A stretch of 64,000 nucleotides of DNA from Vicugna vicugna. Lineage: Eukaryota. This document shows, piece after piece, positions 24,893-37,700 of this stretch. The stretch's first letter is position 1. Every line of letters starts with the position of its first letter. The translations under genes were made by a program, and so were the position numbers. The stretch lies in NCBI GenBank assembly GCA_013265495.1, contig MU057777.1:1-64000 (forward strand), written 5' to 3'. Under the pieces are notes generated by a model. The model saw only the letters and a list, made by a program, of their open reading frames with translations, did no database searches and was not told where the DNA came from.

Positions 24893-25724
24893 TAGTTCTG
24901 TATGTCCTGGGTAATTGGATAGGGATTGCATTAAATCTGTAGATTGCCTTGGGCAGTGTGACCATTTTAACAATATTAATTCTTCCAATCCAGGAGCATG
25001 GGCTATCTTTCCATTTTTCAAAAGTCTTCTTTAATCTCCTTCATCAATGGTTTATAGTTTTCTGTGTATAATTCTTTCACCTCCTTGGTTAGATTTATTC
25101 CCAGATATTTTATTACTTTGGGTGCTATTTTAAAGGGGATTGTTTCTTTACTATCTTTTTCTGTTGATTCATCGTTAGTGTAAAGAAATCCAACTGATTT
25201 TTGAATGTTAATCTTGTAACCTGATATCTTGCTGAATTCTTCAATTATTTCTAGTAGTTTTTGTGTGGAGCTTTTAGGGTTTTCTATATGTAGCAACGTG
25301 TAGTCGGCATATAGTGACACTTTTACCTCTTCTTTTCCAATTTGGATCCTTTTTGTTTCTCTCTGTTGCCTGATTGGTGTGGCTAGGTCTTCCAAGACTA
25401 TGTCGAATAGGAGTGGTGATAGTGGGCATCCTTGTCTTGTCCCAGATTTTAGTGGGAAGCTTTTGAGTTTTTCACCGTTGAGTACTATGCTGGCTGTAGG
25501 TTTGTCATATATAGCTTTTATTATGTTGAGATATGTTCCCTCTATACCCACTTTGGTGAGAGTTTTTATCATAAATAGGTTTTTTATCAAATGCTTTTTG
25601 CATCTATTGAGGTGATCATGTGGTTTTTGTCCTTTCTCTTGTTGATGTGATGTATTACATTGATTGATTTGTGTATGTTGAACCAGCCTTGTGTCCTTGG
25701 GATGAACCCCACTTGGTCATGATG
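24893..25724 (-). mobile_element. LINE-1 ORF2 reverse-transcriptase fragment running into the gap
   Basis: ORF-track 25018..25590 contains [13 protein letters not shown] and LYADY (degenerate Y/FADD). Confidence 0.9.
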
Positions 25725-26610
25725 NNNNNNNNNNNNNNNNNNNNNNNNNNNNNNNNNNNNNNNNNNNNNNNNNNNNNNNNNNNNNNNNNNNNNNNNNNNN
25801 NNNNNNNNNNNNNNNNNNNNNNNNNNNNNNNNNNNNNNNNNNNNNNNNNNNNNNNNNNNNNNNNNNNNNNNNNNNNNNNNNNNNNNNNNNNNNNNNNNNN
25901 NNNNNNNNNNNNNNNNNNNNNNNNNNNNNNNNNNNNNNNNNNNNNNNNNNNNNNNNNNNNNNNNNNNNNNNNNNNNNNNNNNNNNNNNNNNNNNNNNNNN
26001 NNNNNNNNNNNNNNNNNNNNNNNNNNNNNNNNNNNNNNNNNNNNNNNNNNNNNNNNNNNNNNNNNNNNNNNNNNNNNNNNNNNNNNNNNNNNNNNNNNNN
26101 NNNNNNNNNNNNNNNNNNNNNNNNNNNNNNNNNNNNNNNNNNNNNNNNNNNNNNNNNNNNNNNNNNNNNNNNNNNNNNNNNNNNNNNNNNNNNNNNNNNN
26201 NNNNNNNNNNNNNNNNNNNNNNNNNNNNNNNNNNNNNNNNNNNNNNNNNNNNNNNNNNNNNNNNNNNNNNNNNNNNNNNNNNNNNNNNNNNNNNNNNNNN
26301 NNNNNNNNNNNNNNNNNNNNNNNNNNNNNNNNNNNNNNNNNNNNNNNNNNNNNNNNNNNNNNNNNNNNNNNNNNNNNNNNNNNNNNNNNNNNNNNNNNNN
26401 NNNNNNNNNNNNNNNNNNNNNNNNNNNNNNNNNNNNNNNNNNNNNNNNNNNNNNNNNNNNNNNNNNNNNNNNNNNNNNNNNNNNNNNNNNNNNNNNNNNN
26501 NNNNNNNNNNNNNNNNNNNNNNNNNNNNNNNNNNNNNNNNNNNNNNNNNNNNNNNNNNNNNNNNNNNNNNNNNNNNNNNNNNNNNNNNNNNNNNNNNNNN
26601 NNNNNNNNNN
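25725..26610. other. Assembly gap (886 N)
   Basis: Run of N. Confidence 1.
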
Positions 26611-29600
26611 CACCATTTGCTGAAGAGACTGTCTTTATTCCATTGTATATTCTTGCCTCCTTTGTCGAAGATGAGTTGACCAAAAGTTTGTGGGTTCATT
26701 TCTGGGCTCTCTATTCTGTTCCATTGGCCTATATGTGCATTTTTGTCCCAATACCATGCTGTCTTGATGACTGTAGCTCTATAGTATTGTCTGAAGTCTG
26801 GGAGAGTTATTCCTCCAGCCTCTTTCTTTCTCTTCAGTAATGCTTTGGCAATTCTAGGTCTTTGATGGTTGGTTCCATATAAATTTGATTATGATTTGTT
26901 CTAGTTCTGTGAAATATGTCCTGGGTAATTGGATAGGGATTGCATTAAATCTGTAGATTGCCTTGGGCAGTGTGACCATTTTAACAATATTGATTCTTCC
27001 AATCCAAGAGCATGAAATATCTTTCCATTTTTTAAAGTCTTCTTTAATTTCCTTCATCAATGGTTTATAGTTTTCTGTGTATAATTCTTTCACCTCCTTG
27101 GTTAGATTTATTCCCAGATATTTTATTACTTTGGGTGCTCTTTTAAAGGGGATTGTTTCTTAACTTTCTTTTTCTGTTGATTTATCGTTAGTGTAAAGAA
27201 ATGCAACCGATTTTTGAACGTTAATTTTGTAACCTGCTACCTTGCTGAATTCTTCGATCAGCTCTAGTAGCTTTTGTGTGGACCTTTTAGGGTTTTCTAT
27301 ATATAGTAACATGTCATCAGCATATAATGACAGTTTTACCTCTTCTTTTCCAATTTGGATCCCTTTTATTTCTTTCTCTTGCCTGACTGCTGTGGCTAGG
27401 ACTTCCTGGACTATGCTGAATAGCAGTGGTGATAGCAGGCATCCTAGTCTTGTCCAGATATTAGTGGGAAGCTTTTGAGTTTTTCACCGTTGAGTACTAT
27501 GCTGGCTGTAGGTTTTGTCATATATAGCTTTTATTATGTTGAGATATGTTCCCTCTATACCCACTTTGGCAAAATTTTTTATCATAAATGGATGTTGAAT
27601 TTTATCAAATGCTTTTTCTGCATCGATTGAGATGATCATGTGGTTTTTGTCCTTTCTCTTGTTGATGTGATGTATTACATTGATTGATTTGCGTATGTTG
27701 AACCAGCCTTGTGCCCCTGGGATGAACCCCACTTGGTCATGATGTATAATCTTTTTTATGTGTTGTTGGATTCTATTTGCTAAAATTTTGGTGAGGATTT
27801 TGGCGTCTATGTTCATTAGTGATATTGGCCTATAATTCTTTTTTTGGTAGTGTCTTTGCCTGGTTTTGGTATCAGGGTGATGGTGGCTTCATAGGATGAG
27901 TTCGGGAGTACTCCCTCCTTTTCAATTGTCTGGAAGAGTTTGGGGAGGACTGGTATGAGTTCTTCTTTGTATGTTTGGTAGAATTCCCCAATGAAACTGT
28001 CCAGTCCTGGACTTTTATTTGTAGGGCAGTTTTTTATTGCTATTTCGATTTCATTTCTAGTGATCAGTTTTTGTTCAAGTGGTCAGTTTCTTCTTGATAC
28101 AGTCTTGGGGGACAGTATGTTTCCAGAAACTTGTCCATCTCCTCTAGGTTATCCAGTTTGGTTCCATATAGTTTTTCGTAATATTCTCGTATGCTATTCT
28201 GTATTTCTATCTTATTTGTTGTAATTTCTCCATTTTCCTTTCTTATTTTGCTAATTTGTGCTCTCTCTTTTTACTTCTTTGAGAGTTTGGCTAGAGGTTT
28301 GTCAATTTATTTACTGTGTCATAAAACCAGCTTTTGGTTTAATTGATTTTTTCTATGGTTCTTTTAATCTCTATTGTATGTATTTCCTCCTTGATCTTTA
28401 TTATTTCCTTCCTTCTGCTGACATTTGGGGGTTTTTGTTCTTCTTTTTCTAGTTCTTTTAGTTGGTGGGTTAACTTGTTTATTTGAGATTGTTCTTCTTT
28501 TTTGAGGAAGGCCTGTATTGCTATAAACTTCCTTCTTAGCACTGCCTTTGCTCTGTCCCATAAAGTTTGTGTGGTTGTGCTTTCATTTTCATTTGTCTCA
28601 AGGTATTTTTTAATTTCAGCTTTGATTTCCTCATTGACCCATTGGTTAATTGGTTTTTGCATGTTGTTTAATGTCCATGCTTTCCTTTTTTTCTCCTTTG
28701 TTTCTCTGTTGTTGATTTCTAATTTCTTGGCATTGTGGTCGGTAAAGATGCTTGAGATCATTTCTATCTTCTTAAAATTGCTGAGGCTTCTTTTGTGCCC
28801 AAGTACATGATCAATCCTGGAAAATGTTCCATGTGCAATTGAAAAGAATGTATATCCTACTTTGGAGGGTGTAATGCCCTGAAAATATCCACCAAATCTA
28901 ATTTTTCTATTGTATCATTTAATTTCTCTTTTGCCTTATTTATTTTCTGTCTGGAAGATCTATCTAGTGATGTTAATGTGGTGTTAAAATCTCCAACTGT
29001 GATTGTATTCCCATCAATATCCCCCTTTATCTCTGTTAATAATTGTTTTATGTACTTAGGTGCTCCTATATTGGGTGCACATATATTAATGAGTGTAATA
29101 TCCTCATCTTGTATCACTCCTTTAACAATTATAAAATGTCCTTCTTTATCTTTCTTTAGGGCCTTTGTTTTAAAGTCTATTTTGTCTGAAATCAGTACTG
29201 CTACACCTGCTTTTTTGGCTTTTCCATTTGCATGGAATATCCTTTTCCATCCTTTCACTCTTAGTCTTTGCTTGTCTGAGTTCTTTATCTCTTCATCAAT
29301 ACTGAATGATGACCTTGCTGGACTGAGTATTGTAGGTTGTAGGTTTTTCCCTTTCAGCACTTTAAATATATCATGTCACTTCTTTCTGGCCCACATAATT
29401 TCTGCAGAAAAATCAGATGATAGCCTTATGGATGTTCCTAGTATGTGATACTTTGTTTTTCTTTTGCTGCCTTTAGAATTCTCCTTTTATCTTTAACTTT
29501 TGCCATTTTAATTATGATATGTCTTGGTGTGGGTATCTTTGAGTTCTTGTTTGGGACACTCTGTGCTTCCTATACCTGGAAATCTGTTTCCTTCTTCTAC

Positions 29601-31233
29601 TTTGGGAAATTTTCAGCTGTAATTTCACCAAATACCATTTCTATCCCTTTCTGTCTCTCTTCTCCTTTAGCGACTCCTATAATGCAAATGTTTGCATGCC
29701 TGATGTTATCCTAGAGGTCCCTTAAACGTTCTTCACTTAAAAAAATTTGTTTTTCTTTTTCTGTTCTGATCACATGATTTCTGTTATTCTGTCTTCTAGA
29801 TTGCTTATGTGTGTGTGTTTTGTATCACTTTGTCTGCTGCTAGTTCCTTCCAGAGTATTTTTTCACTTCAGTTATTGTATGCTTCAGCTCTCACTGGTTC
29901 TTTTTTAAATTTTCTAGTTCCTTGTTAAAATTCTCACTGTGTTCATCTATTCTTTTCCCAAGTTCACTTATCATTCTTATTATTATTGCTTGGAATTCTT
30001 TATCTGGTAAATTGTTTATCTGTGCTTCATTTGCGTTTTTCCAGTTTTTTTCCTTGCTGATTTGAAACATATTCCTCTGTCTTCTCTTTTTGTTTAACTT
30101 TGTCTATGAAGTTGGGTGAAACAGTTACTATCTTGATTTGAAAGGATGTCCTTGTGTGGGAGTGTCCCTATTAGTCTGCATGTGTCCATTAGCTTTAGTG
30201 GTAGAGCTGGATCTGAAGTGTTCATGGGTCATAATTTCCCCCAGGGCATGCTGGCAGCTACTACATTGGAGGGAGATAGGGCTGGGGACGGAGGGGCTGA
30301 AGCCAGAGACAGATGTGAGCTGGAGCTTCTCCTGTGGGCAATGGCAGCCATCACCTTATTGGGGTTGGGGGCAGGTCCCAAGGTGCTGGAGCAGAAGCTT
30401 TGAGGGTTGAGTCTGATCCATCTCTGTTCCTATAAGTATGTGCATTCTCCTTGGCAATGGTACCTCTGCCCTAGTGGAGAGCAGTGCCAGAGCAGGAGGG
30501 GCTGGAACAGACACCTGGTGTGGGTTCAATGTGTTGTGCTGGGATGATCCCAGGATACTGGTCAGAGTTCCATACAGTTTTCAATCTCCATGCAAACACA
30601 CTGGTAATGATAGACTTCACCCCTTTTAGGGCCAGGGTGGGGTTCAGACCAGCTCCATTTTCTCTAAGTGTGCACACTCTCCTTGACAATGGCAGCCTTC
30701 ATCCTAGTGGATACCAGCACTAAAGCAAGAGGCAACCAATGCAGGCTGGGTGTACTCTGGAGCAGTCACAGGAAAATGGTTAGGGCCCAGGGTATTTTTC
30801 AATCAACTTCCTCCATGCTGTTCCTGGGAGTGAGAAAGTGTGTACATACACTCTTCATGGGGAGAGTCTCTTAAAGCCCTCCAAATAAATCTCACTGGTT
30901 CTCAAACCACTAAGGGGGCTCATCTTCCTAGTGCTGGACCCCAGGGCTGTGGTGCCTAATATGTGTCTTGAACCCTTCACTACCCAGGGAGGATCCCCAA
31001 GCCATAATATCCTCTCCTTTCTATGTCTTCTGTTAGGGGTATGAGTCCTGACCTGATCACTTCTCTTTCCTTCCTACCTAATTCTTCATAGATCTTTCTT
31101 TACAGGCTTGGTTGAAGAAGAGTGTTTCTGCTAATTTTCAATTTGTTTTCAGCAAGTTGCTCCAAATGTAGATGTATTTTTGATGTATTTGTGGGAGGAG
31201 GTGATCTCAGCATCCTCCTACTCCATCATCTTG
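26611..31233 (-). mobile_element. Large degenerate LINE-1: 5' UTR (about 30130-31233), ORF1 (about 29270-30120), ORF2 EN and RT (26611 to about 29265)
   Basis: EN peptides ([23 protein letters not shown]) and RT peptides (HDQVGFIPG); minus-strand 5' end CAAGATGATGGAGTAGGAGG resembles L1 starts; multiple frameshifts and stops. Confidence 0.88.
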
Positions 31234-31450
31234 ATCTTCTGATATTTATTAAATTTTAACATTTTTTGAGCAATATGGCAAATTAGTTAAATGCACTGTC
31301 CCTGTGGCCAGATTGTCAAGGTTCTGATCCAAACTCTGACACTTATTTAGCTGTGTGACCTTGGGTAAGCCACTTTATCTCTTGTTGCCTCTGTTTGTTT
31401 GTTCATACAATGGAAATAGGGTTGTAGTGAAGATTAAAAGCAGTTAGAAC

Positions 31451-31736
31451 TCACAGACATAGAAAATAAACTTATGGTTACCAGGGGGGAAGGGGTGTGA
31501 AGCGATAAATTGGGAGTTTGAGATTTGCAGATACTGACAGGTATACACAAAATAGATAAACAAGTTTATACGGTATAGCACAGGGAACTATATTCGATAT
31601 CTTGTAGTAACTTATGGTGAAAAAGAATATGAAAATGAATATATGTATATTCATGCATGACCGAATCATTATGCTGTACACCAGAAATTGACACAACATT
31701 GTAAACTGACTATACTTCAATAAAACAAAAGTTAAA
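31451..31736 (+). mobile_element. Short L1 3' UTR insertion inside a MIR (MIR about 31280-31800)
   Basis: TSD AAAAGCAGTTAGAAC (31436-31450) and AAAAGCACTTAGAAC (31737-31751); flanks carry MIR core text (gctgtgtgaccttgggtaag...). Confidence 0.85.
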
Positions 31737-31979
31737 AAAAGCACTTAGAACAATGTCTGGCATATAGCAAGCACTATATAAGAGTTAGCTATTATTACTG
31801 GTCATCATTATGTGCCATAAACATCTTATTTAATAATTACAAATTTATCAAAAAAAACCCTGTGAGGTAGGTATTTTCCTTACTATACCAATTTGAAAAA
31901 ACTTAAGCTGTTAGAGGCCAAACAAAATTATAGCGTGGCAGCGCCTTTAGATGCTGCCTACTCCAAGGTCTACATTTTA

Positions 31980-32214
31980 TTTTATTTATTTTATTTTTTT
32001 AACATTTCTTATTGATTTATAATCATCTTACAATGTTGCGTCAAATTCCAGTGTTCAGCACAATTTTTCAGTCATTCATGGACATATACACACTCATTGT
32101 CACATTTTTTCTCTCTGAGTTATCATAACATTTTGTGTATATTTCCCTGTGCTATACAGTGTAATCTTGTTTATCTATTCTACAATTTTGAAATCCCAGT
32201 CTATCCCTTCCCAC
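31980..32214 (-). mobile_element. Short young L1 3' tail insertion
   Basis: TSD CCAAGGTCTACATTTTA (31963-31979) and CCAAGGTCTTCATTTTA (32215-32231); similar to the L1 tails at about 23290 and 52790. Confidence 0.85.
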
Positions 32215-33939
32215 CCAAGGTCTTCATTTTAAACTGAAGAACAGCAAACAGAAGAGCAAACTCTATCTAGCAGCAAGAAGATAGAACCAGCAGTCTGGAT
32301 TTGTGTGGAACTTTCTCAGTTTTAAAACTGTATCTTCTGAAGCCCAGGAAACCTCTCAGTCTAGGCACACTTGGATGCTTGGCCACTGTAGATGAAGGTG
32401 AACAAAATTCAGTGCCAGTTAACTGCCAAACACAAAAAGACATACAGAGAATGTGGTATTTTCTAGTGAGTTTGTTTGAAAAGAATTCATTAATTTATTC
32501 TTATTCCAACAAATCTGTACTATGAAATGACTATGTTATAAAACACCATGTTAAGTGCTGTGCTCTTAATCCTACTCATAACATTCCACTATAGTGAAAG
32601 GCAAAAGTGATTTTATAGTAAACCTGGCAGATATAGACCCATGCTTACATTTTCAAGAAGACCAGAAAAGAGATATAAAAAAGAAATTTCTCATATAGAA
32701 AATTCTCAATGACCATGATCAACACTCAAATAATTCCTTTCTCTCTTTCTTCCTCTGGGGAGTACATTGTACAAAAGTATTGATGGAAAATTTAGGAACC
32801 TGAGGATGAAATAATGAATGAATCACGTTCCAAGGAAGACAGAAACTAAAGGGAGCCCTTCAGTAAGGGAGAATATTGATCTGTGCCCTTATCTCTCCAG
32901 GATCATGAATATGTTCCTTGGTTGTCATAAATCAATGCTGACTTCAGTTATACTGTAATTTTCAAGGTAATTTAGGCAAAAGTTCAAAAAAGGTAGATAT
33001 CCTGGTGAAGTCTAATGGTTACACATTTTAGGAGTACATAATAGTAGAGAGAAAAGGTTGTATGTCAAAATGTTGTTATTCCTATTCTGATTGCTAAAGG
33101 GTATCCTCTTTAAGACATGAACTTAATCATTAATCTTTCAACACAAGAGGAAACCACATTTCATGGAAGACCCCTGAAAATTCCTACATAGCACAACTAA
33201 AATGCAGAAATATTTTGAGAACATATTTTGGAGCACTGGATGGGTCAATAAAATAATGCACAAACTATTAAATATCAACTAGGAACTTACTGAAGACATC
33301 AGATTAGGCTCTATTCTCTGTCAAAATACTGACTTTTCTTTGATTTGTGACTCTCGTCCTCACTGATAATGCCTTTTTCCCTCTTGTGCACATCATGGAT
33401 TGTCTTTCATCATTCTATAGCAGTCCATGTGGTTACTGTACAGCTTCACCTTCAATGAAAGCCAAGGGGAAATAAACCTCATGCCTATCTCTCTGTCTCT
33501 TTCCCTCTCTCTCTCCACATGTAAAGGAAAGCCATTGAAAATAAAAGAAACAAGGTATTATATTTAACTCAATCAAGTTTCAGCAATTAACATGTATAAT
33601 ATTTTAAAATAGGAGAAGAAAAAGCAAAAAAAAAAGTCAGCAGACATGGAGGAAAACAGATTGCAACTTGCTTTTGATTTCTTAGTTTAACTCCTTGAGA
33701 GATGACTTGGATAGAGATAACTCTTCTCACAAGATAAAACACTATATTTGTATTCAGTTCCCACCTTATCACTGATCTTGTGCTATCAAGCAATTCCTAC
33801 GATACTTCTAGTTCTAGGAGATCATAGAAAAAAATCTAGGGCTTCGGTTAAACTCTTTCATCCACAGGTCTATGTAAAGGACTGTCGCAAGGTATCCTCC
33901 AGTCAATTGGCTCTCAAAGTGGAATCTGAATACACCCAA

Positions 33940-34250
33940 AGCAGTCCCTGAGACCCTCTTAGTGGGTCTGTGGATTAAAAACAATTTTTAATAACAACAT
34001 TAAGGTATAGTACCTTTTTCACTTTCATTATCTCATGAATTTTCCAGAGGCTACATGACATGTGATGATGTCATGTTTCTGATAGCTGAGGGATGTATGC
34101 TTTTGTGTTCTTGAATTTTAAACAGTTTTCAGTCTTAATATGTAATAGAATTAAGATATGATAATCCATATCCAAGCATTCTTTGGGGTCCTTAGTAACT
34201 TTTAAGGGTATTAAGGTGTTATAAGAACAAAAATGTTACAAATCTCTGTT
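33940..34250. mobile_element. hAT-Charlie-like DNA transposon remnant
   Basis: gtccctgagaccctc...ttttccagaggctacatgacatgtgat...ctttggggtcctt resembles Charlie1-type sequence. Confidence 0.5.
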
Positions 34251-34635
34251 CCACTAAGACTTGTTATTCCTAGAATGCATTTCTTTCTAACTGATCTAGT
34301 TGAAACAAATTTTTACCTGGCGATGATTATTGTTTCCCTATCAATGCAGTGATTATATTTCTTAAGCAGATTGGCCAAAATTACAATAATAGGTCTAAAA
34401 AATGAATAAGTCCATGTTATAACTTGGGGAAGAAAGCCACCACACTACATGGCCTAACATCAGCTATCTCAGAGGCCTCTCTAAGGTTTCCCCTACTAGA
34501 GAAGGGGGAGGTTTTGTTTCATGTGATGAGGTAAAGAGACAACTTGAAGTACATTTTGACACAATATGATTCTGCTGATATGAAATTCTGGTAGCTGGGA
34601 TGTCAGATATGTTCATAATTCCAATGCTGTCAATT

Positions 34636-34767
34636 TTAAGCCTGAAGCCCCAAGAGACGAGCAGTGTTTAATACATCATCCCTTGTTAAATAGCAGCCAC
34701 AGAGTTGGCGGTAGCCAGTGAAGGATTCCCTGCCATGTAGGACACGCCAGTTGTCTACAAATAGGAC
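34636..34767 (-). CDS. TMLHE: TMLHE last coding exon ([43 protein letters not shown])
   Basis: Acceptor tttttcccattcacag|GTC; TAA stop at 34638-34636; 132 nt. Confidence 0.97.
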   Translation of the reverse strand, partial: VLFVDNWRVLHGRESFTGYRQLCGCYLTRDDVLNTARLLGLQA

Positions 34768-37700
34768 CTGTGAATGGGAAAAAAGAGAGGAAAAACACTT
34801 AGAATAAGGGCAGGACAAAGGAACCCTGAATCAGAAGAGGTAATTTAAAAGGAAAATTGTAGGTTGTTCCTGATTACATTCAATGAAGTATTTTTCTTTT
34901 GAGATTAAACATTTAGAAACTAGGATGTGCATAGCCTTGGAAGTTACAAAGGCAACAGTAGGTAATAGGTCCTGCACCTGAAGAGCTTATGTTTCTTGAG
35001 TAATTATTCTCTTATCAAAGCAAACCAGACCATCAACTTCTTTTTCTTTTCTCTTTAATTATTATTATATATGTTCTCAAAGGGTTAAACTATTTTATTG
35101 TGTTTTATGCCAAGCTTGAGATATTATTCATTCAGAGGAAATTTCAGGAGATAAAAGAAAAAAGGAATCATAAAGCCAGAAGTACCCTTAGGGACTATCT
35201 AGTTCAACCCCCTGACAATACAGAATCACTGAGTCATTGGTATATTAACATGCTGGAAGGAAAAAGAACAGGCTCCACCCAGTGAGTGGAGTGGTAAGGA
35301 GCAGGGCCAACATCCAGGACTCTTTTCTCTTTTACCTTTCCAACATTTTGACTCACATATTAAATAAGTACCCATTCTTTACTGCTTCAGTATAACAAGC
35401 ATACTTAACATCTTTAGATTTTGGCACCCACCCTGCCAGGCTTTAGTTTGACCCAAAGCTCATTCTCAGGTCTCCTCAACTCTATTGTGAGAGTCCGGTG
35501 TGCTGTATACCAGCGATGAACAACATCATAAGGTACGGTATTGATGACAGCCCGGTCATAGTTGTTGTACCTAAGATGAAATCATGAGAAAGAAAGACCT
35601 CAAACATATGTTAAAGACATCTGTTGTTTATTCAGCAATTTTATATAAGGCTTTCCCTACATTTGTTACTTGTACCAGAGATGAAGTGACAATAGTAAGT
35701 CAGTGTTCTGTCAGGACTATAGAATTTTAGAGAAGCACTCCACTGCCTGTTGACCATATTTTTGTTTTCCTTTGGAAAATCTGGGGGTAGCAGATAGAAG
35801 AAAGTTCTAGCTGGTTTCTGCCATCTTAGAATATGATGTTTTATCTAAAGAATATTCTCTTGGCCAAATTTCATAGAAGCATTGGGGAAAGATCTGAACT
35901 TTCTCCTCACCAAGCTGAGGTTGGCAAGAGTTTATATTAAAAAAGCTTTCTTTTTTAACAGGATGACTTGCAACTTCTCAGGTGTTTCTCTTTGTGGGAG
36001 AAATCCTAGCTACAACCTAGTGGACATTTTACCCAGAGATCTTTATTCATTCATTTAACCCTAACATTTGTATGAGCACTTGCTAACTGCTAGGTCGTGT
36101 GTCAGGCATTAAAGATACAAGGATGAACACAGAAGACATGATCCTAGCCTTTGGGGGATTGACATTAGATGATGAACAAGTAATAAATACATAACTAGTT
36201 ACAGATGCTATTAAGAAAAAATAGTAATACATGATAAAAAGTGACTGCAAAGGCTGTTTCAGATGGAGTGTTAAGTGAAAGACTTTTTAAAAGAAGTGAC
36301 ATTTGAGCTGGTACTGGTATGGTAGGAAACCAGCAATGTGACAAGCTGAGGGAAGTGTTCCAGGCAGAAAGAACAGCAGGTACAGAGTCTTAGTGTGGAA
36401 AGGAGTTTTATGTTAGTGGAAAAGCAAGAAGGTCATGTGGCTAGAGCTGAGTAAGCAAGGGTAATAACAGTAAGAAATGCTGGGGAAGAGTTAGCCATGG
36501 GCCAAATCATCTATAGCCTTGTAGGCCATGGTAAGGACTTCGGATTTTACTCTGAGTACAACGTGAAGCCACTGAAAAACCTTTTCTAAGATACTGGATT
36601 TCTTTTTTACCCATGGCAAATTAAATTTTTACTGAAATACAGTCTATATACAGAAAAGTACACAAATCATAAGCTTGATGAATTTCGTGACATGAACACA
36701 TCGGTATCACTAGCTACCCAGGTCAATAAGGAGATCATTACCAAACCCCAGAATACTCCTTTGTCCCTCCCCTGACCCAAGGATAACTACCATCATGACT
36801 TTTGTCATCAAAGATTAGTTTTGCTTATTTATGAAGTTTTATATAAATGGAATACTGTAGTGTTTACTCTTTTGTGTCTGGCTTCTTTCATTTAATATTA
36901 TATTTAGGGGATTCATCATTGTTGTGCTAGGTAGCAGTGGTTCATTCAGCTTTTGTGCTGAATAGAATTTTATTGTGTGATATACCACAGTTTATTCATC
37001 CATTCTACTGTTGATGGACATTTAAATAGTTTCCAGTTTGTAACTATTACAAATAGTGATGGAGGGTCTAGTCCATGTTGGAAACATAGAAGGCTCCTGA
37101 ACTCCCCTCCTCCCATGCACAAAGCAAATCTACAGCAATTCTCTCTGAAAGAAATCTAGAAACTAGCTGAGAAACTTCTACACATTGGGTGAATGAGGAA
37201 AAATCCTATATCAATACAGATAGAAAAGGCTGAGACAATCTTGTCATAAACTCCACCCATAGTGCAGCAACATATAATCATGAAGAAACTGACAATTCCC
37301 AGCTTCTCCCTGAGGACTGATGGGTTTGGACACAACATATACTTTCCCAATTTTTTAAGATTTCCACCTGAGGGATGGGCCCTTAAAATATCCAGTTTTG
37401 AAAAACAATGGGCCTTGCAGTCATGAGACCCACCAGACTATACCAAACAAAGAAACAGTTCTTAATCTGTTTGTGAGGACTCACTGTTGCTATCCCCTGG
37501 AAGCCTAGCACAGAGACAGCAGACATAAACACTAATATCCCAGTCTTTCCCTAAGAGGCCTATCTGCATACTTTAAAAGCTGATGTCTGAGGGTCAGGCT
37601 TCTAATTTAGCACACATTTAGGGACAGACTATGATCATCCTAGAAGATTGGAAAGGCCAGTGAGCATCATCTTCACATTCTCCCTCTGGCCCACTCCATG

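Noticed and set aside
25587..26840. Long ORFs of 299-389 aa in the ORF track
   Set aside because: Artefacts of translating through the N gap.
19477..34635. Polyadenylation sites for CLIC2 and TMLHE, and possible 3' UTR overlap
   Set aside because: Several AATAAA/ATTAAA candidates lie in AT-rich sequence (for example + 21779-21784 and - 32494-32499) and none can be chosen without 3'-end data. Overlap across 15 kb is unsupported.
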